This document shows positions 48,488 through 63,266 of a DNA stretch of 64,000 nucleotides, piece by piece; positions within the stretch are counted from its first letter, which is position 1, and each line of letters begins with the position of its first letter. A program made the translations under genes and the position numbers. The DNA lies in the NCBI RefSeq assembly GCF_009914755.1, contig NC_060934.1; one strand, given 5' to 3'. Source of the stretch: the human T2T-CHM13v2.0 reference genome, Homo sapiens. A model generated the notes under the pieces. That model saw only the letters and a list, made by a program, of their open reading frames with translations, had not been told where the DNA came from and did not search any database.

Positions 48488-50593
48488 CAGTCACTATCAC
48501 GAGAACAGCATGGGGGTAACTGCTTCCATGATTCAATTACCACCCACTGGGTCCCTCCCAAGATATGTGGGGATTATGGGAGCTACAATTCAAGAGGAGA
48601 TTTTGGTGGGGACACAGCCAAACTGTATCTTTCTGCTCCTGGCCCCTCCCAAATCTCATATCCTCTCATTTCCAAACACAATCATGCCTTTCCAACAGTC
48701 CCTCAAAGTCTTAGCTCATTCCAGCATTAACCCAAAAAACCAAGTCCAAAATCTCATCTGAGACAAGGTAAGTCCCCTCTGCCTATGAGCCTATAAAATC
48801 AACAGCTAGTTAGTTACTTCCTAGATACAACAGGGGTACAGACATTGGGAAAACACACCTGTTTCAAATGGCAGAAACTGACCGAAACAAAGGGGCTACA
48901 GGCCCCATGCAAGTCTGAAATCCAATAGGGCAGTCATTAAACCTTAAAGTTCCAAAATGATCTTCTTGGACTCCATGTCTCACATCCAGGTCACGCTAAT
49001 GCAACAGGTGGGCTCCCATGGCTTTGGGCATCTCCACCCCTGTGTGGCTTTGCAGGGTACAGCTTCCCTCCTAGCTGCTTTCATGGGCTGGCGTTGAGTG
49101 TCTATGGCTTTTCCAGGTGCATGCATAGTGCAAGCTGTTGGTGGATCTACCATTCTGGGGTATGGAGGACTATAGCCCTCTTTTCTTTGCTCCACTGGTC
49201 AGTGCAACAGTGGGGACTCTGTGCGGGGACTTCAACCCCACATTTCCCTTCTGCTCTGCCCTAGCAGAGGTTCTCCCACAAGGGCTCCATCCCTGCAGTA
49301 AACTTCTGTCTGAACATCCAGGCATTTTCATACATCCAGCCAAAGTTTCCTGAACCTCAGTTCTTGTCTTCTGCATACTCACAGAACCAACACCATGTGG
49401 AAGCTGCCAAGGCTTGGAGCTTGCACCCTCGGAAGCAATGGCCAGAACTGTACCTTGGCCCCTTTTAGCCATGGCTGGAGTGGCTGGGGTGCAGGGCACC
49501 AACTCCAGAGGCTGCACACAGCAGGGGGCCCCTAGAACTGGCCCAGGAAACTATTTTTCCCTCCTAGTCTTCCAGGCCTGTGATGGGAGGGGCTACTGTG
49601 AAGGTCTCTGACATGCCCTGGAGACATTTTCCCCATTGTCTTGGTGATTAACATTTGGCTCCTCATTACTGACGCAAATTTCTGCAGCCAACTTGAATTT
49701 CTTCCCAGAAAATGGGCTTTTCTTTCCTACTGCATCATCAGGCTGCAAATTTTCTAAACTTTTATTTTCTGTCACCACTTGAATGCTTTGCTTCTTAGAA
49801 ATTTCTTCTGCCAGATACCCTAAATCATCTCTCAAGTTCAAAGTTCCATAGATTTCTAGGGTAGGGGCAAACAGCTGACAGTCTCTTGCTAAAGCATAGC
49901 AAGAGTGACCTTTACTCTAGTTCCCAACAAGTTCCTCATCTTCATCTGAGATCACCTCAGGCTGGACTTCATTGTTCATATTACTATCAGCATTTTGGTT
50001 AAAGCAATTCAACAAGTGTCTAGGGAAGTTCCAAACTTTCCCACATCTCCCTGTCTTCTGAATCTTCCAAGTTTCTAGGAAGTTCCAAACTTTCCCCATT
50101 TTCCTGTCTTCTTCTGAGCCCTTCAAACTGTTTCAACCTCTGCCTATTACCCAGTTCCAAAGTTGCTTCCATGTTTTTGGTATCCTTATAGTAGCGCCCC
50201 ATTCCTGGTACCAATTTGCTGTATTAGTCCATTTTCATGCTGCTATGAAGAAATACCTGAGACTGGGTAATATATAAAGAAAAGAGGTTTAATTGACTCA
50301 CAGTTGCACGTAGTTGGGAAGGCCTCAGGAAACTTACAATAATGGCAGATGGGGAAGCAAACATGTCCTCATTCACATGGTGGCAGGAAGACGAAGTGCC
50401 AAGCAAAAAGGGAAAAGCCCCTTGTTAAACCATCAGATCTTGTGAGAACTCACTCACTATCACAAGAACTGTATGGGGGTAGCCACCCCCATGATTCAAT
50501 TACCACCTACCAGTTCCCTCCCGTGACATGTGGGGATTATGGGAGCTACATTTCAAGATGAGATTTTGGTGGAGACACAGCCAAACCATATAA
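48488..50593 (-). mobile_element. THE1 (THE1C-like) MaLR provirus: intact 5' LTR 50220-50593, internal 48631-50219, truncated 3' LTR 48488-48630
   Basis: LTR tgtattagtcc...cagccaaaccata and typical THE1-int sequence. Degenerate MaLR ORF peptides on the - strand (DDLGYLAEEISK; EATLELGNR). Confidence 0.93.
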
Positions 50594-51829
50594 GGTCTCC
50601 TAGGGAAGACAGAGGCCTTAAAAAAACATGGGTAAAGAAATCGAAATATCCATGAAGTTCGTATGTGGTTCTCTGAGGAGGTGAGCTATGAGATAATAAA
50701 TAAATAATAATAAATATATGTTTACATAAGGTGTCATGTTTCTCCAGGATTCATGTCTTTCAGAACCTGAAGCATGGTAACAGGTGATGTGCTGAGAAGA
50801 AAAGGAACTTCACTATCTAGAAGTCTCACCCAATAGCATCTTCTACCACTGAATTTAGAGCTCTCCTGGGCCAGCAAGTAACCACTTCCACTGAAAATCC
50901 TCAGATCTGGCCTGTTAAAGACAATAAAAGTGAACAAAACCCTAAACTGTACCAAGATCCACGATGAAAACATGACGCACAATCAGTTTGGAGCCAATGG
51001 CCTCTTGAAGTATGAGAGATCAACCTCAGTGTGTCTAGACTGTGTAATGCCATCTTATCCCCATGTATCAGGAATTAGCAGAAGACTCTAGTGAATAATC
51101 TCCTTGTTGTAGGCAAAGATACTTGTCCCCTGAGATGACCCATGATGAACAGGGATATGATATCCATGGACATCTTGGCCTACTTGATTATTTTTTAAAT
51201 GTTGTATCATTGTGTATTGACTATTTATCATGGCTAAGGTTAGAGAACAGAGAAGAGAAGGCAAGGGCATGGCAGGAACTGAGAAATTATGCTTTAACAA
51301 GGGAAAGTCAAATGGTCTCCTTTTTTAGGAAAGCATCCTAGTATGCTCCCCTGCCATCCTACTCCTTCTGACTCTGACTACCCCGTAATGTTTATTGTCA
51401 CCACTAACAATGTATGTCTCTAGGGTCTGGCAGACCTCAAGAAAACAGTGAAAATTCCAATATCAATTACTCACAAATAAATGGGTTTTGATGGAATCAC
51501 GAAGTTGGGCTTATTACTGGCTCCTTTTATGTGCAATGATTAAAAAGCCAACAGGTATATCAAGACACTAAAAAAGCAATGGCAATCCTTGACTTGCTAC
51601 ATGCAGGAAAAAGATGAGAAAAAAATAAACTTAAATTATTAGCTCGTTGCACAGAGACTTCTGGCTGAGAAGTTCAAATTCAAGCTAATCCACCTGTTTC
51701 CAGTGTGCTGGAGAAAGAGAGATATTCCTTGTCTCCGATTTATTATGTGTTCTTGTTTTATATGGGCTTTGTAGGTGGTCTCTGAACTTTCATTGCCAGG
51801 TAAGATGAGACCTATTGGCAGTAGAGCCC

Positions 51830-53430
51830 CATACATTTGGTTTGGAGCAATGGAAGTAGTGTTGAACTAGGAGACAGGAGACCTGGGTCCTTATCCTGCC
51901 CCTGTTTTTTATTAGCTGTGTGACCTGGCATAAATTGCTTAATATCTCAGGTCTCTATTTCATTTTATAAATGAGGAAACTGCTTCCTGACTTCCTGGCC
52001 TTACAAGGTGGTTTTGAGGTAATTAGGTAACATGAATTAGGAAATTAGGTAATGTGAATTAAAGCACTTTTGTTTAAGCACTTTGAACAAAAAGGATGCA
52101 AGCAGTTAACACATTCAAGGACTCATTACTGCAGATAAAAATTGGCTCTGGGCTTTTCTTGTAACTCCATTCAGGGCATGCTGCCAAATCTAACAAAAGC
52201 AATCAATTCCCAAGCACCATTTTAAAGACTCACATTCACATACACTCTGCCTTTTGACCTCACCTCTATACTAAAACTGGTTTCCTGAAGGTCACCAATG
52301 ATTTTTCTAATCATTTAACATTGACTTTTCCTCAGTTTCTATCCTCAACCTCTCCATAGCTATGATGCCACTTGTCATCTACTCCTTGAAATTTCCTTCC
52401 ACAGGTGAACCTGAACTCTTCAAGCTCCTCTCTGGTGTCTTTAACTGATTCTTCTCCATTGATTTCTTTTTCTATTCCTCAAATATAGGCATTCTCCCAG
52501 GTTTTGTTCTTGTTCCCCTTCTCTAAGTCCTTGGCAATTTCTTTTATTTCAAGTCTTTAAGTTGTGCCACGGTGCCCCTCAGAACCACCATGTCCATTTG
52601 ATGTCAGCATCATCATCCCTTCCATGATCTACACACATGATCATGGCTCATTATATTCTTAGTCACAGAGGTGAGAAACTTCATTTAGTTTGGTCTTATG
52701 CCTCTGTCCCACTGTGATTAATGCTGCCAATATTCCTCCAAAATATTCTGACTGCCCCCTCCCATCTAGGCCCTAATAATCTCTCACCAAGAGTCCTTTA
52801 AAACCTCCAACCTATGGGAGTAATCATCCTTAAAGCAGAGCTCCAGTCATTTCTGATGACTCTGTTTTTCACACATATTCTCCTCTGACTTCCCCATCCC
52901 ATACAGGGCATCATAGCCTGGTAACTGTATGTTCCCCTCACCTGAGCTTCAACCTACCTGTTGGGGGATGCATTCATGACTTCCCCACATATGTTCAGGA
53001 TTCCAACCAAACTTAATTTTGTAACCCCAAACACCCAATATTTATCACACAAGTAATAAATGAATGAATGTATGTGTATTCAGTTTCCTTCATTTCTTGT
53101 GTCTGGGCATATTTTTTTCTACTTACTCCATCAGTGACAACATTTCTGGTCATTTCTATCTCTCAAAACCCTATTGATTACAAGACTCAGTACAAATGCC
53201 CCTCCTTCTTAAAGCTTTCCCTGATCCTATCCACCAACGTAATCACTCTCCCTCTAGGATTAGGGTGTTATTCCATGGTCATATGGTACTGGCTACAGTC
53301 CATTTTATTCCTAGGTGACTTTCCTAGTCCTCCTCTTAGGTCAAGTACGCTCTGAAAGGTGAAACCATGCCTTTTTCATTCTTGTCACCCACAATGTCGT
53401 GCATACTGCCTTATATGTAGTCGAATTAAA
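51830..53430 (+). mobile_element. MIR (51830-52070) followed by degraded L2 (52170-53430)
   Basis: agctgtgtgacctgg MIR core. L2 motifs aaggtcaccaatga and a ...gaattaaattgaatga tail. Confidence 0.65.
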
Positions 53431-53589
53431 TTGAATGATATTGCTTAGGGAAGCTCTCAATTTTGGTTGATTTAAAACTAGCTCTTAAGCTATTAAAACA
53501 TGAGCAGAATTATTGCTTTCCCAGGTCAGACCCATTATCTCTAATAATATTCAATTGCCTTCCTTGGGTCTGTGTTACTTAACTGAAGC

Positions 53590-53770
53590 TTACTGAGCAC
53601 AAATGTTCACCAAAAATCATCATAACTCTCACAGAAATTCTTTAAGTATAAAGTTATCTTCACTTTATAAATGTGGAAACTGAAGCTCAGAGAGGTTAAG
53701 TAAAATTCAAAGATCACACAGCTAGAAAATGGCAGAGTTGAGATTTGAGCTGCAAATGATGTGAACTTAG
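53590..53770 (-). mobile_element. MIR SINE
   Basis: gaaactgaagctcagagaggttaagt core. Confidence 0.85.
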
Positions 53771-54789
53771 CCTTGACTATATAATAAATATTAAGGCCAG
53801 ATATTTATCTGGCTGCATCCAAGTTTTTCTCCCTAAGCCAAATTAACTTGTTTATCCATGGATCTTAATTTAGCCTCTTGCAAATCAATGTCTATTTTTA
53901 ACTTGTGCTACCTCTTGTTTTCATGAGTTGAGTCTTGTCCTAATCTCCTTTGGCTTAGATGCAGCCTTTTGGAAAGTGTTGCTATGTCTTAATGTACTCA
54001 GCTGTTCGTTGAAGTGGATAAAGCCATAGATGTTTACAGTGGCAGCTGTCTGCAAATTCCTGCCATGTTTAAAAAAATAACTTAGAAAACTAGGCTCCTG
54101 GGGCCAGAGAAGCATGTGTAATTTATTGTATGATGGAAAATACTTTAGGAAGCTCAAGAGGCAAAAGAAATCTTTTCACCTACTTCCTGCAGGAGCTCCA
54201 AATGGCCAGGCTTATATTTTTCCAGTTGCAAAGGCAGACTTTTCCCTCTGAAAGTCACAAAGGCCTTTGTGGTAACTATGAATTGATGGAAAACACACTG
54301 AAATAACTCTCATGCTTGTACTGCTTGCTTTCTATAAATCTGATGAGCAATGACCCCTAGCAATGACATGTTATTTCAAAATAAAGCCATCAAGTCCATC
54401 AAACAAACATTTATTGAGCTGCTACTCTGTGCCTATCTCAGGTTATGGTTGGGGCATGCTCTGGGCTTCCTAGAATCAGGAAGTCAAATACGTAGCAAAT
54501 GTTCAATAATCATGTTAAATTGAAGTCAGCATGGCCTTGGAACTCAAGTGTTTGCTCTGAAATAGCCTTTATTTTTTCACATAAAAATGGGAGAGGTAAA
54601 CCAGGTAATCCAAAGGTCCCTTTCAATTTTTAAACAACAAAACAAAAGAATGTTTTCAAAAAGTATTCTGTACTCTGATGGCCTAATCAATGAGGCCATA
54701 CAGAATGCATAATCCTATGAATTGTATATAGATACATCATACAGGATGGTGAATTAGCCATGCAGATGATTCCAGTGTAGTAATTAGAG

Positions 54790-55295
54790 CCAATACAGGC
54801 TGTAGTCAACAATATATAATTTAAATAACCAGTGAGAATAAACAATGGTAAAATGCATCATTTAGTACATTTAGCAAGAGAAAATATAAAATACCCAGGA
54901 ATAAACGTGCATGAAGGATGAAGAATCTATGTTGACAAAACTATACTGTGGGATGTAAATAAGATGAAAAATGGAAAAACCCAATATGTTCTTGAATAAG
55001 AAGTCTCAATTTAGTTAAATAAATCTGTAAGTTGAACTCCATTTGGACTCCTTTTGGGAATATAATTAAAGTTAAATTAAAGGTGACTCATAAGAATGAC
55101 ATGTTTGAGAATACCCAAGCATTTTTGAAAAGAAGAATAATGACAATAGGTTTCCCCCCAACAAACATCTCATTGTGTTATAAAGCTACAAAAATCAAAA
55201 GAGTTTGGTATTGTTATCAGAAAAGACAGATAGATCAATAGAAGAGAATGGAAATCCTAAAAAGCATATATTCCTGGAAAAATTTACTATGTAAG
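54790..55295 (+). mobile_element. Old L1M ORF2 fragment
   Basis: ORF 55032-55241 encodes YKATKIKRVWYC (ORF2 YKATVxKTxWYW motif). Confidence 0.75.
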
Positions 55296-55370
55296 TTAAA
55301 ATCAGCAGATATACCAGTCAGACTAGGCTAAGGCAGGTAACAAATTATTCCCAAACTCAATAGATTAATA

Positions 55371-57787
55371 CAGTTGACCCTTCAACAATGCAGGGATTAT
55401 AGGTGCTGACCGCCACACAGCTGAAAATCTACAAATAAACTTTGACTCCCCAAAACTTAACTACTCAAAACCTACTGTTTACTGGAAGTCTTACTAATAA
55501 CAAAAACAATTGATTAGCACATTTTTGTATATAATATGTATTATATACAGTATTCTTACAATAATGTAAGCTAACAATTTTTTGAGAAAATCATAAGGAA
55601 GAGAAAATATAGTTATTATTCATTAAGTAGAAGTACATCATCCTAAAGGTCTTTATCCTTGTCACCTTCATGTTTTGTAGGCTGAGGAGAAGGAGGAAAA
55701 GGAAGAGCTGGTTTTGCCATATCGTCTAATGTCAACTATTTTCTGGTACTGCTTCTTCTATGTCTTCTTCCTCATTGCCTGATACTGGTTTGGAAGCACT
55801 TATCTCTATCAAGTTGTCTTCTGCTAATTCCTTTGATGTGGTGTCTATTAGCTCTTGAATTTTTTTTTTCCCAAGATCCATATTTTGAAACTCTGCACCT
55901 CCCAGCTTTTTTTGGCCATATCCACAATCTCTTTCATGAATTTCTTGATGACTTTGCTGTAAATCCTGTGATATCATGCACAACATCTGGATACAGTTTT
56001 CTTCAGCAGAAATTTATTGCTTCAGGTTTGATAGCATTCCTGGATTTTTTTTTTCAACAATGATGCCATTTTCAGTGGTGTAATTCTTCCAGACTTTCAT
56101 AATGTTCTTTCTATCGGGGTTCTCTTCCATAGCATTAACATATAGTACCATGTGTAATGAGCCTTAAAGATCTTTATGACCCTGATCTAGAGACTGAATT
56201 AGAGATATTGTGTTTGGGGACAAGTATATCACTTTGATGCCTTCGGCATCTGGGTGGCCAGGGGAATTATTCCATATCAAAGGGACCTTAAAAGGCAGTC
56301 CCCTACAAGCAAGATATTTCCTAACTTCAAAGACAAAGCATCGATAGAACCAATTCAGGAAAGGGGTTCTCATTGTCCAGGCCTTCTTGTTGTACAACCA
56401 AGAGACTGGCAGCTGGTGTTTCTCTACTAACTTCAAGGCTTGGGATGTTAGCAGGTTTATAGATCAAGCTGCAGTCCTGATCATAAGCCTGAGTACATTT
56501 GCCCAAAGCAGTAGAGTTAGCCCACCCCTTCCTGCCTTAAATCCTGGTGCTCACTTATCTCCCCACTAATAAATGTCATTTGTGGCTTTTTTTTTTTCCC
56601 CAGAATAGGACACTTTGTCTGCATTAAAAACCAATTCATATATCCTTTTTTCTCAATGATTTTTTCAACAGGGTCTGGGAACTCATCTGCTGCCTCTTGG
56701 TTGGCAGAAGCTGCTTCTCCTGTTATCCGGATATTTTTTAAAGTAAACCTCTTTCTAAAATTATCAAACTATCCTTTGCTGGCATTAATTTCTCAAGCTT
56801 TAGATCATTCATTTTCCTTTTGCTTTAAATAATGACTTCACTTTTTCTCAAATCATATTAGAATCTATAGGCATGCCTTTCTTATTGCAATCCTGCCCCC
56901 ACATAAAAGTTGCATTTTCAGTATGACAAAAAAAGGTATTTGCAAAAAGTAGAATATTTTTTCACCTGCTTGCATAACTACAGTGACAGCTTCATGGATT
57001 TCCTTTCCTTTTTTTTTTTTTTTTGTGATGATCCTTACGCTGGATTCATTTTTCCTAAAATGATGGACAACTGCAATTGCAGACCTCAGTTTATGTTACA
57101 TAGCAAGCAATTCTTTTTCTTGTAATGTCATGACTTTTCTCTGCTTCTTGAGAGCAGTTCCAGTATCACTAGTGGCACTTCATATGATTACCATGGTGTT
57201 TTTCAAGGTTTAGGGTATTGCACTAAACACGAAAAATATGAAAGAAGCATGAGAGATCACTTTTTCCTTTGATGCATGATTTACTGGAGTGATGAACTGC
57301 TCACGTGGAGATGATTAGCTTCACACATTGTTTTATGCAGATACTTGCCACATGAGTTCACTACAGTAACTACAGGAGGTGGCTATGAAATTATTACCAT
57401 AGTATAGCATGCACTATAGTTAATTTTACACAGTTATCATTTAATACTGCATCTTTACATTTGTTTACATTTCTCTCAATCAAGAATGGCAGCATGTACA
57501 GTCTAGTTTTATGTGACTAAGTTTTAATAAACTTTAACTTTTTATAATATATTTGTATATATTTTATGGCAGTAAATGATTAAGAAATGACCTACATATA
57601 TTTTATGTGTTCTTGACATAGCTACCTTTTTATTACTTTTTTTGATATTTCAAGGCTATGTGGTTCATCTGTGCATTTTTTCAAATTGACACAAATCTCC
57701 GCAAAATTTTCCAGTATATTTTTTGGAAAAAATTTGCATATAAGTGAACCCATACAGTTCAAGCCTGTGTTGTTCAAGGGTAAACTG
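55371..57787 (-). mobile_element. Tigger2 (TcMar-Tigger/pogo) transposon, near full length, inserted into an MLT1 LTR
   Basis: TIRs cagttgacccttcaacaa / ttgttcaagggtaaactg. TA TSDs at 55369-70 and 57788-89. Confidence 0.95.
55732..57060 (-). pseudogene. Disrupted Tigger2 transposase (DDE_1 domain remnants)
   Basis: Peptides NKKAW...NSPGHP...LSPNTISLIQSLDQG and IQELID, broken by frameshifts and stops. Right-hand boundary approximate. Confidence 0.85.
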
Positions 57788-58126
57788 TACAACAAAAGTT
57801 TATATCATGCTCAATCTATATAACTCAGAGCAAATCACAGACTGAGGAAAGGAAAGGACTTTGCTCCACAGCATCATTAACGGATCTAGGCTGATCTCCA
57901 CTATACTGTGGTTGAAACATTTTTAAATATATGACCCCCCTGATTGCAAGGCAAGAGGGCTAATAGAGATCTCATGCCTGTTATTAAATGTTTTTCCTGA
58001 ATATAACAAACTTAAGAACTTAATGACCTGCAAGACAGCTGATAAATTGAGTAGGTAACGGATATTATGTGAGGAATGAATGTTTCTGCCACAATGGAGA
58101 ATATGTGAATTACTTTTCAAAAAGTA

Positions 58127-59306
<1,180 letters not shown>

Positions 59307-59329
59307 ATTCAACATTTTGATTAGCTGAT

Positions 59330-62300
59330 GAACATTTTCAGATAAACTAAAGCTAAGATAATCTGTTGTCAGAAAAAAAAAACCCAAAACCAAAGAAACC
59401 AAAAAATGCATTATAAGAAATGCTAAAGTAAGTTCTTCAAGCCGAAAGGACATGACAGCAGATGAAACATGAAATCTGGATGTACAGAAAGGAACAAAGA
59501 ACATAAAAAATGTCAAGCACGTAGGTAAATTGTACATTTTCTTCTTCCCTTAATTTCTTTGAAAGACAATTGGTGGTTTAAAAATATTAACACTGCATTG
59601 TAGGGTTTGTAACACATGCAAATGTAACATATGACAATAGGCAAAGAACCATTCTTTTAATTCCTATAATTAGAAAGAATTACATTGTTGCAGGGTAGTT
59701 TTATTTTCTGTAAAATGATACACTATTAACTGTAAGTAGACTATGATAAATTATTAATACATTTGTAATCTTAGAGCAACCACAAAAAAGCTATAGCTAA
59801 AAGACAATGAAGAAATTAAAAGGGAATACTAAAATCTCTTCTATTAACCTTTTCAATTAAGAAGGCAGAAAATTAGCAATAGAGAAAGATCTACAACAGA
59901 AAGATAAGTCAAATACACAACAAATAACAAAACAGTAGACATAAACCCAACTGTATCAATAATTCCATTAAACATAAATGCCAAATAAAGAGACAGAGAT
60001 AATCAAACTGGGTGAAAAATACAAGGACCAATTATATGGTAATGACTAAAAGATGCATATTAAATACAAAGATGCAGAGAGTTTGAAAGTAAAAACAGCG
60101 GAAAAATGTACCATACAATGGTAACCATAAGAAAGCTTGTGTGGCTATATTAATGTCAGGCCAAGTAGACTTAAAGATAGGGAATACAATCAGAGATAAA
60201 GAAGGACATTTTACAAGTAATAAACTGGTCAATTCATTAGGAATACTTAACAATCCTAAATGTATATGCATCTAATCATAGAGATTTTAAAAATATGTGA
60301 AGCAAAAGTAACCACCTCTAAAGAGGGAAACACACAGACACAATTATAGTTGGAGAATTCAAAATACCTTTCAGTAATTTATATAATGAGGAAAAAATCA
60401 ACAAAGATATAGACAATTTGTGCATCAATGACTGCTGATGAAATATTCTTGTTAAGTGCATATGAAATGTTTACTAAAGTAGACCACATGTTGGAGTATA
60501 AAGCGAGTCACAATAAACTTTAAAAACTGAAATAATTATGGAGTATGTTTTCTGATGAGAAGAAAAATAAACTAGAAATAATAATAATAGTATGTTCTCA
60601 AACTCCCAAATATTTGGTTATTAAACAACACATTTCTAAATAACCCACTGGTCATGAAAAAAAAAATCACAAGGGAAATGATAAAAAAATTATGCATAAC
60701 TTTCCATCAACAACATTAGATGAAATAATATAGATGCTCATCTATATTAGATGAACAAATATAGATGAAATCTATAAATATCTTAAACACAAAACTACCA
60801 ACACTTATAAAAAATAGAAGAAATAGAGGATCTGTATATTTCTATATCTATTACAAACTAAATTTTTTTTAATATCTTTGTTTAAAAATACCTCAGGCTC
60901 AATGATTTCAATGTTAAATCCCATAAAACATTTAAGGAAGTAATATTATTTTTACACAATTTTTTTTTTGTAAAAGAGAGGAAAAAGGTATGCTTTCCTA
61001 GTTATTTTTAAAAGGCCAGCATAACTCCAATAGCAAAACCTGATGAAGATATTATAAGAAATAAAAATAAAAGAATAAGCCTCATAATTGTAGTTGTGAA
61101 CTATTAACAAATGAAATACAAAAATATATAAAAAAGAAAATATAGCATTACCAAAGGACCTTTATCTCAAGAATGCAAGACTGAGCTACCATTTAAATAT
61201 CAGTTAATGTAATTCACAACATTAGCAGAATTAATAGAGCATAGCTTTATAATGATACAATAGATGTAGGAAAAACAATTGTCAAATTAAACATTCATTT
61301 ATTCTTTTTAAAAAAACTTCTCACTCTAGGAATAAAAAAGGAATATTCTCCATCTAATAAAGGGACCTACAAAAAAAAGGCAAAACAAAACACAATGGCC
61401 AATAAATACTTAGTGTTGAAAAATTGAACACTTCTTCCCAAGATCAGGAACTAAGCAAGGATATCTGCTCTTACCATTTCTATTCCATTTTATACTGGAG
61501 GTCCTAGCTAGTACAATAAAGTAAAAAAGAGTAAAGTCATAAAGATTGGAAAAGAAGAAGTAAAACTATCTTTATTCACAGGTAACATGATTGTTTATGT
61601 AGAAAATACTAAGGACTCTTTAAAAATACCCTGACAGAACTAATAAAATTATGTAGTAAATTTCTAAGATTCAAGGCAAGTATACAATAAAATAAATTTC
61701 TGTATATTAGCAATGGCAAGGGGTGAAAAATAAAATTGAGAGAAATAATTCATTTCTAAGAGTATTAAACATATAAAATATTTAGACATAATTACAACAA
61801 AAGATATGTAAGATGCCTCTACTGGAAACTAAATACATTGATGAGAAAAATAGCAGAAGACCTAATAAATGAAGAGACATACCATGTCTTAAATTAGAAG
61901 ACTACATATTATTATTAAGATGTCCATTTTCTCCAAATTGGTCTATCAATATAAAACAATTCAAATCAAAATCCCAACACACTTTTTGGTAGAAATTGAC
62001 AGGGTGGCTTAAAAATATATCTAGAAATTCACAGGACATTGAATAGCCAAGCAATTTTCAAAGAGAAAAAGAGTTGAAAACCCCACAATAGCTGATTTTA
62101 AGACTGTATAAAGGATATTGTAGACAAGTATGGGGTGGTATTGGCATTAGGAGAGATAAAATCATGAAAGGAACACAACAGAGTCCAGAAATAGATATAC
62201 ACATAAATGATCAATGACTTTTTACAAAAGCTCTAAGACAATTCAGGGAAGAAAGGAAAATCATTTTAACAAATGGACTGGAATAACTGGATAAGCATAT

Positions 62301-62390
62301 GGAAAAAAATTAACCTGAGGCCCTACCTTACACCACACCAAAAAGTAATTTGAGATAGATTTGAGGCCTAATGGATAAAGCTGTTAACTC
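59330..62390 (+). mobile_element. Old L1M (MC/MD-type): ORF1 end through ORF2, degraded
   Basis: aacattttcagataaa (ORF1 end), EN-region (gataaagaaggacattt) and RT-region (aagcaaggatatctgctcttacca) motifs. A-rich. Confidence 0.85.
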
Positions 62391-62929
62391 ATAAAGAGAA
62401 GGAGATGTGAATGAAGGAGAGGAATTGTAACAGAGTCATGAGGATTTTAGAGAATGAAAGGACCCTGGAATCATTTTTTTCCACTTTGTAGATGACAAAA
62501 CTGGCCCAGAGAGATAAACAATTTGTCCAACTTCACACTGGTCATGTATTTTGTTTTACATCAGTATTCTCATTTTATTTCTTCCTACATTTGAGGATTT
62601 TTCCAGAAAGCTAATCTTAATAGTGCCAGAGTAGCCTAACTGTATACCAAATCCAACTGTGAGAGTTTATTGACTGCATTCAAATCTAAGGCTGCCACAC
62701 ATCAATCAAAATAGAGAGTTAGGCAAATTAAAACTGCTGGTTTGATATATGGAAAAAAGCAGCTGAGAATGGGAGAGATGGTGCTCCATATCTGATTCAT
62801 GACACATGATCTATCAATTAAAGAACCATTTAACAAATCATCTCCTACATTTCAGGGAGTTCCAGATATTCAACAAATGGTAAAACATTATTTCAATCCA
62901 GAATCTGCAGACATATTTTTAAAGTTACT

Positions 62930-63160
62930 TGGTGATATTAATAACTTTATGCAAAACACTTTATATATATGAATTAATTTAATCCTTATAAAAATCTGGC
63001 TGTTATGAATCTTTTTTTTTCCATTTTACAGGCCAGAAAACTGAGGTACAAAAAGGTTATTTTATCCATGCTTACAGGACTATTAGGCAGTGGGGTCAGG
63101 ATTCAAAATCAGGTCTTCTTGATTTCAGAACTCAAATTATTATCCTTTCTACAGTACTGT
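62930..63160 (-). mobile_element. MIR SINE
   Basis: ccattttacaggccagaaaactgagg core. Confidence 0.75.
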
Positions 63161-63266
63161 CATATTATTACTACTAGTAGTACTACAACTACTACAAATG
63201 GACACTAGTTATTGAATTCCACTTATACTGGGTATACTAAACTATACATTATAGAGTATATATATT

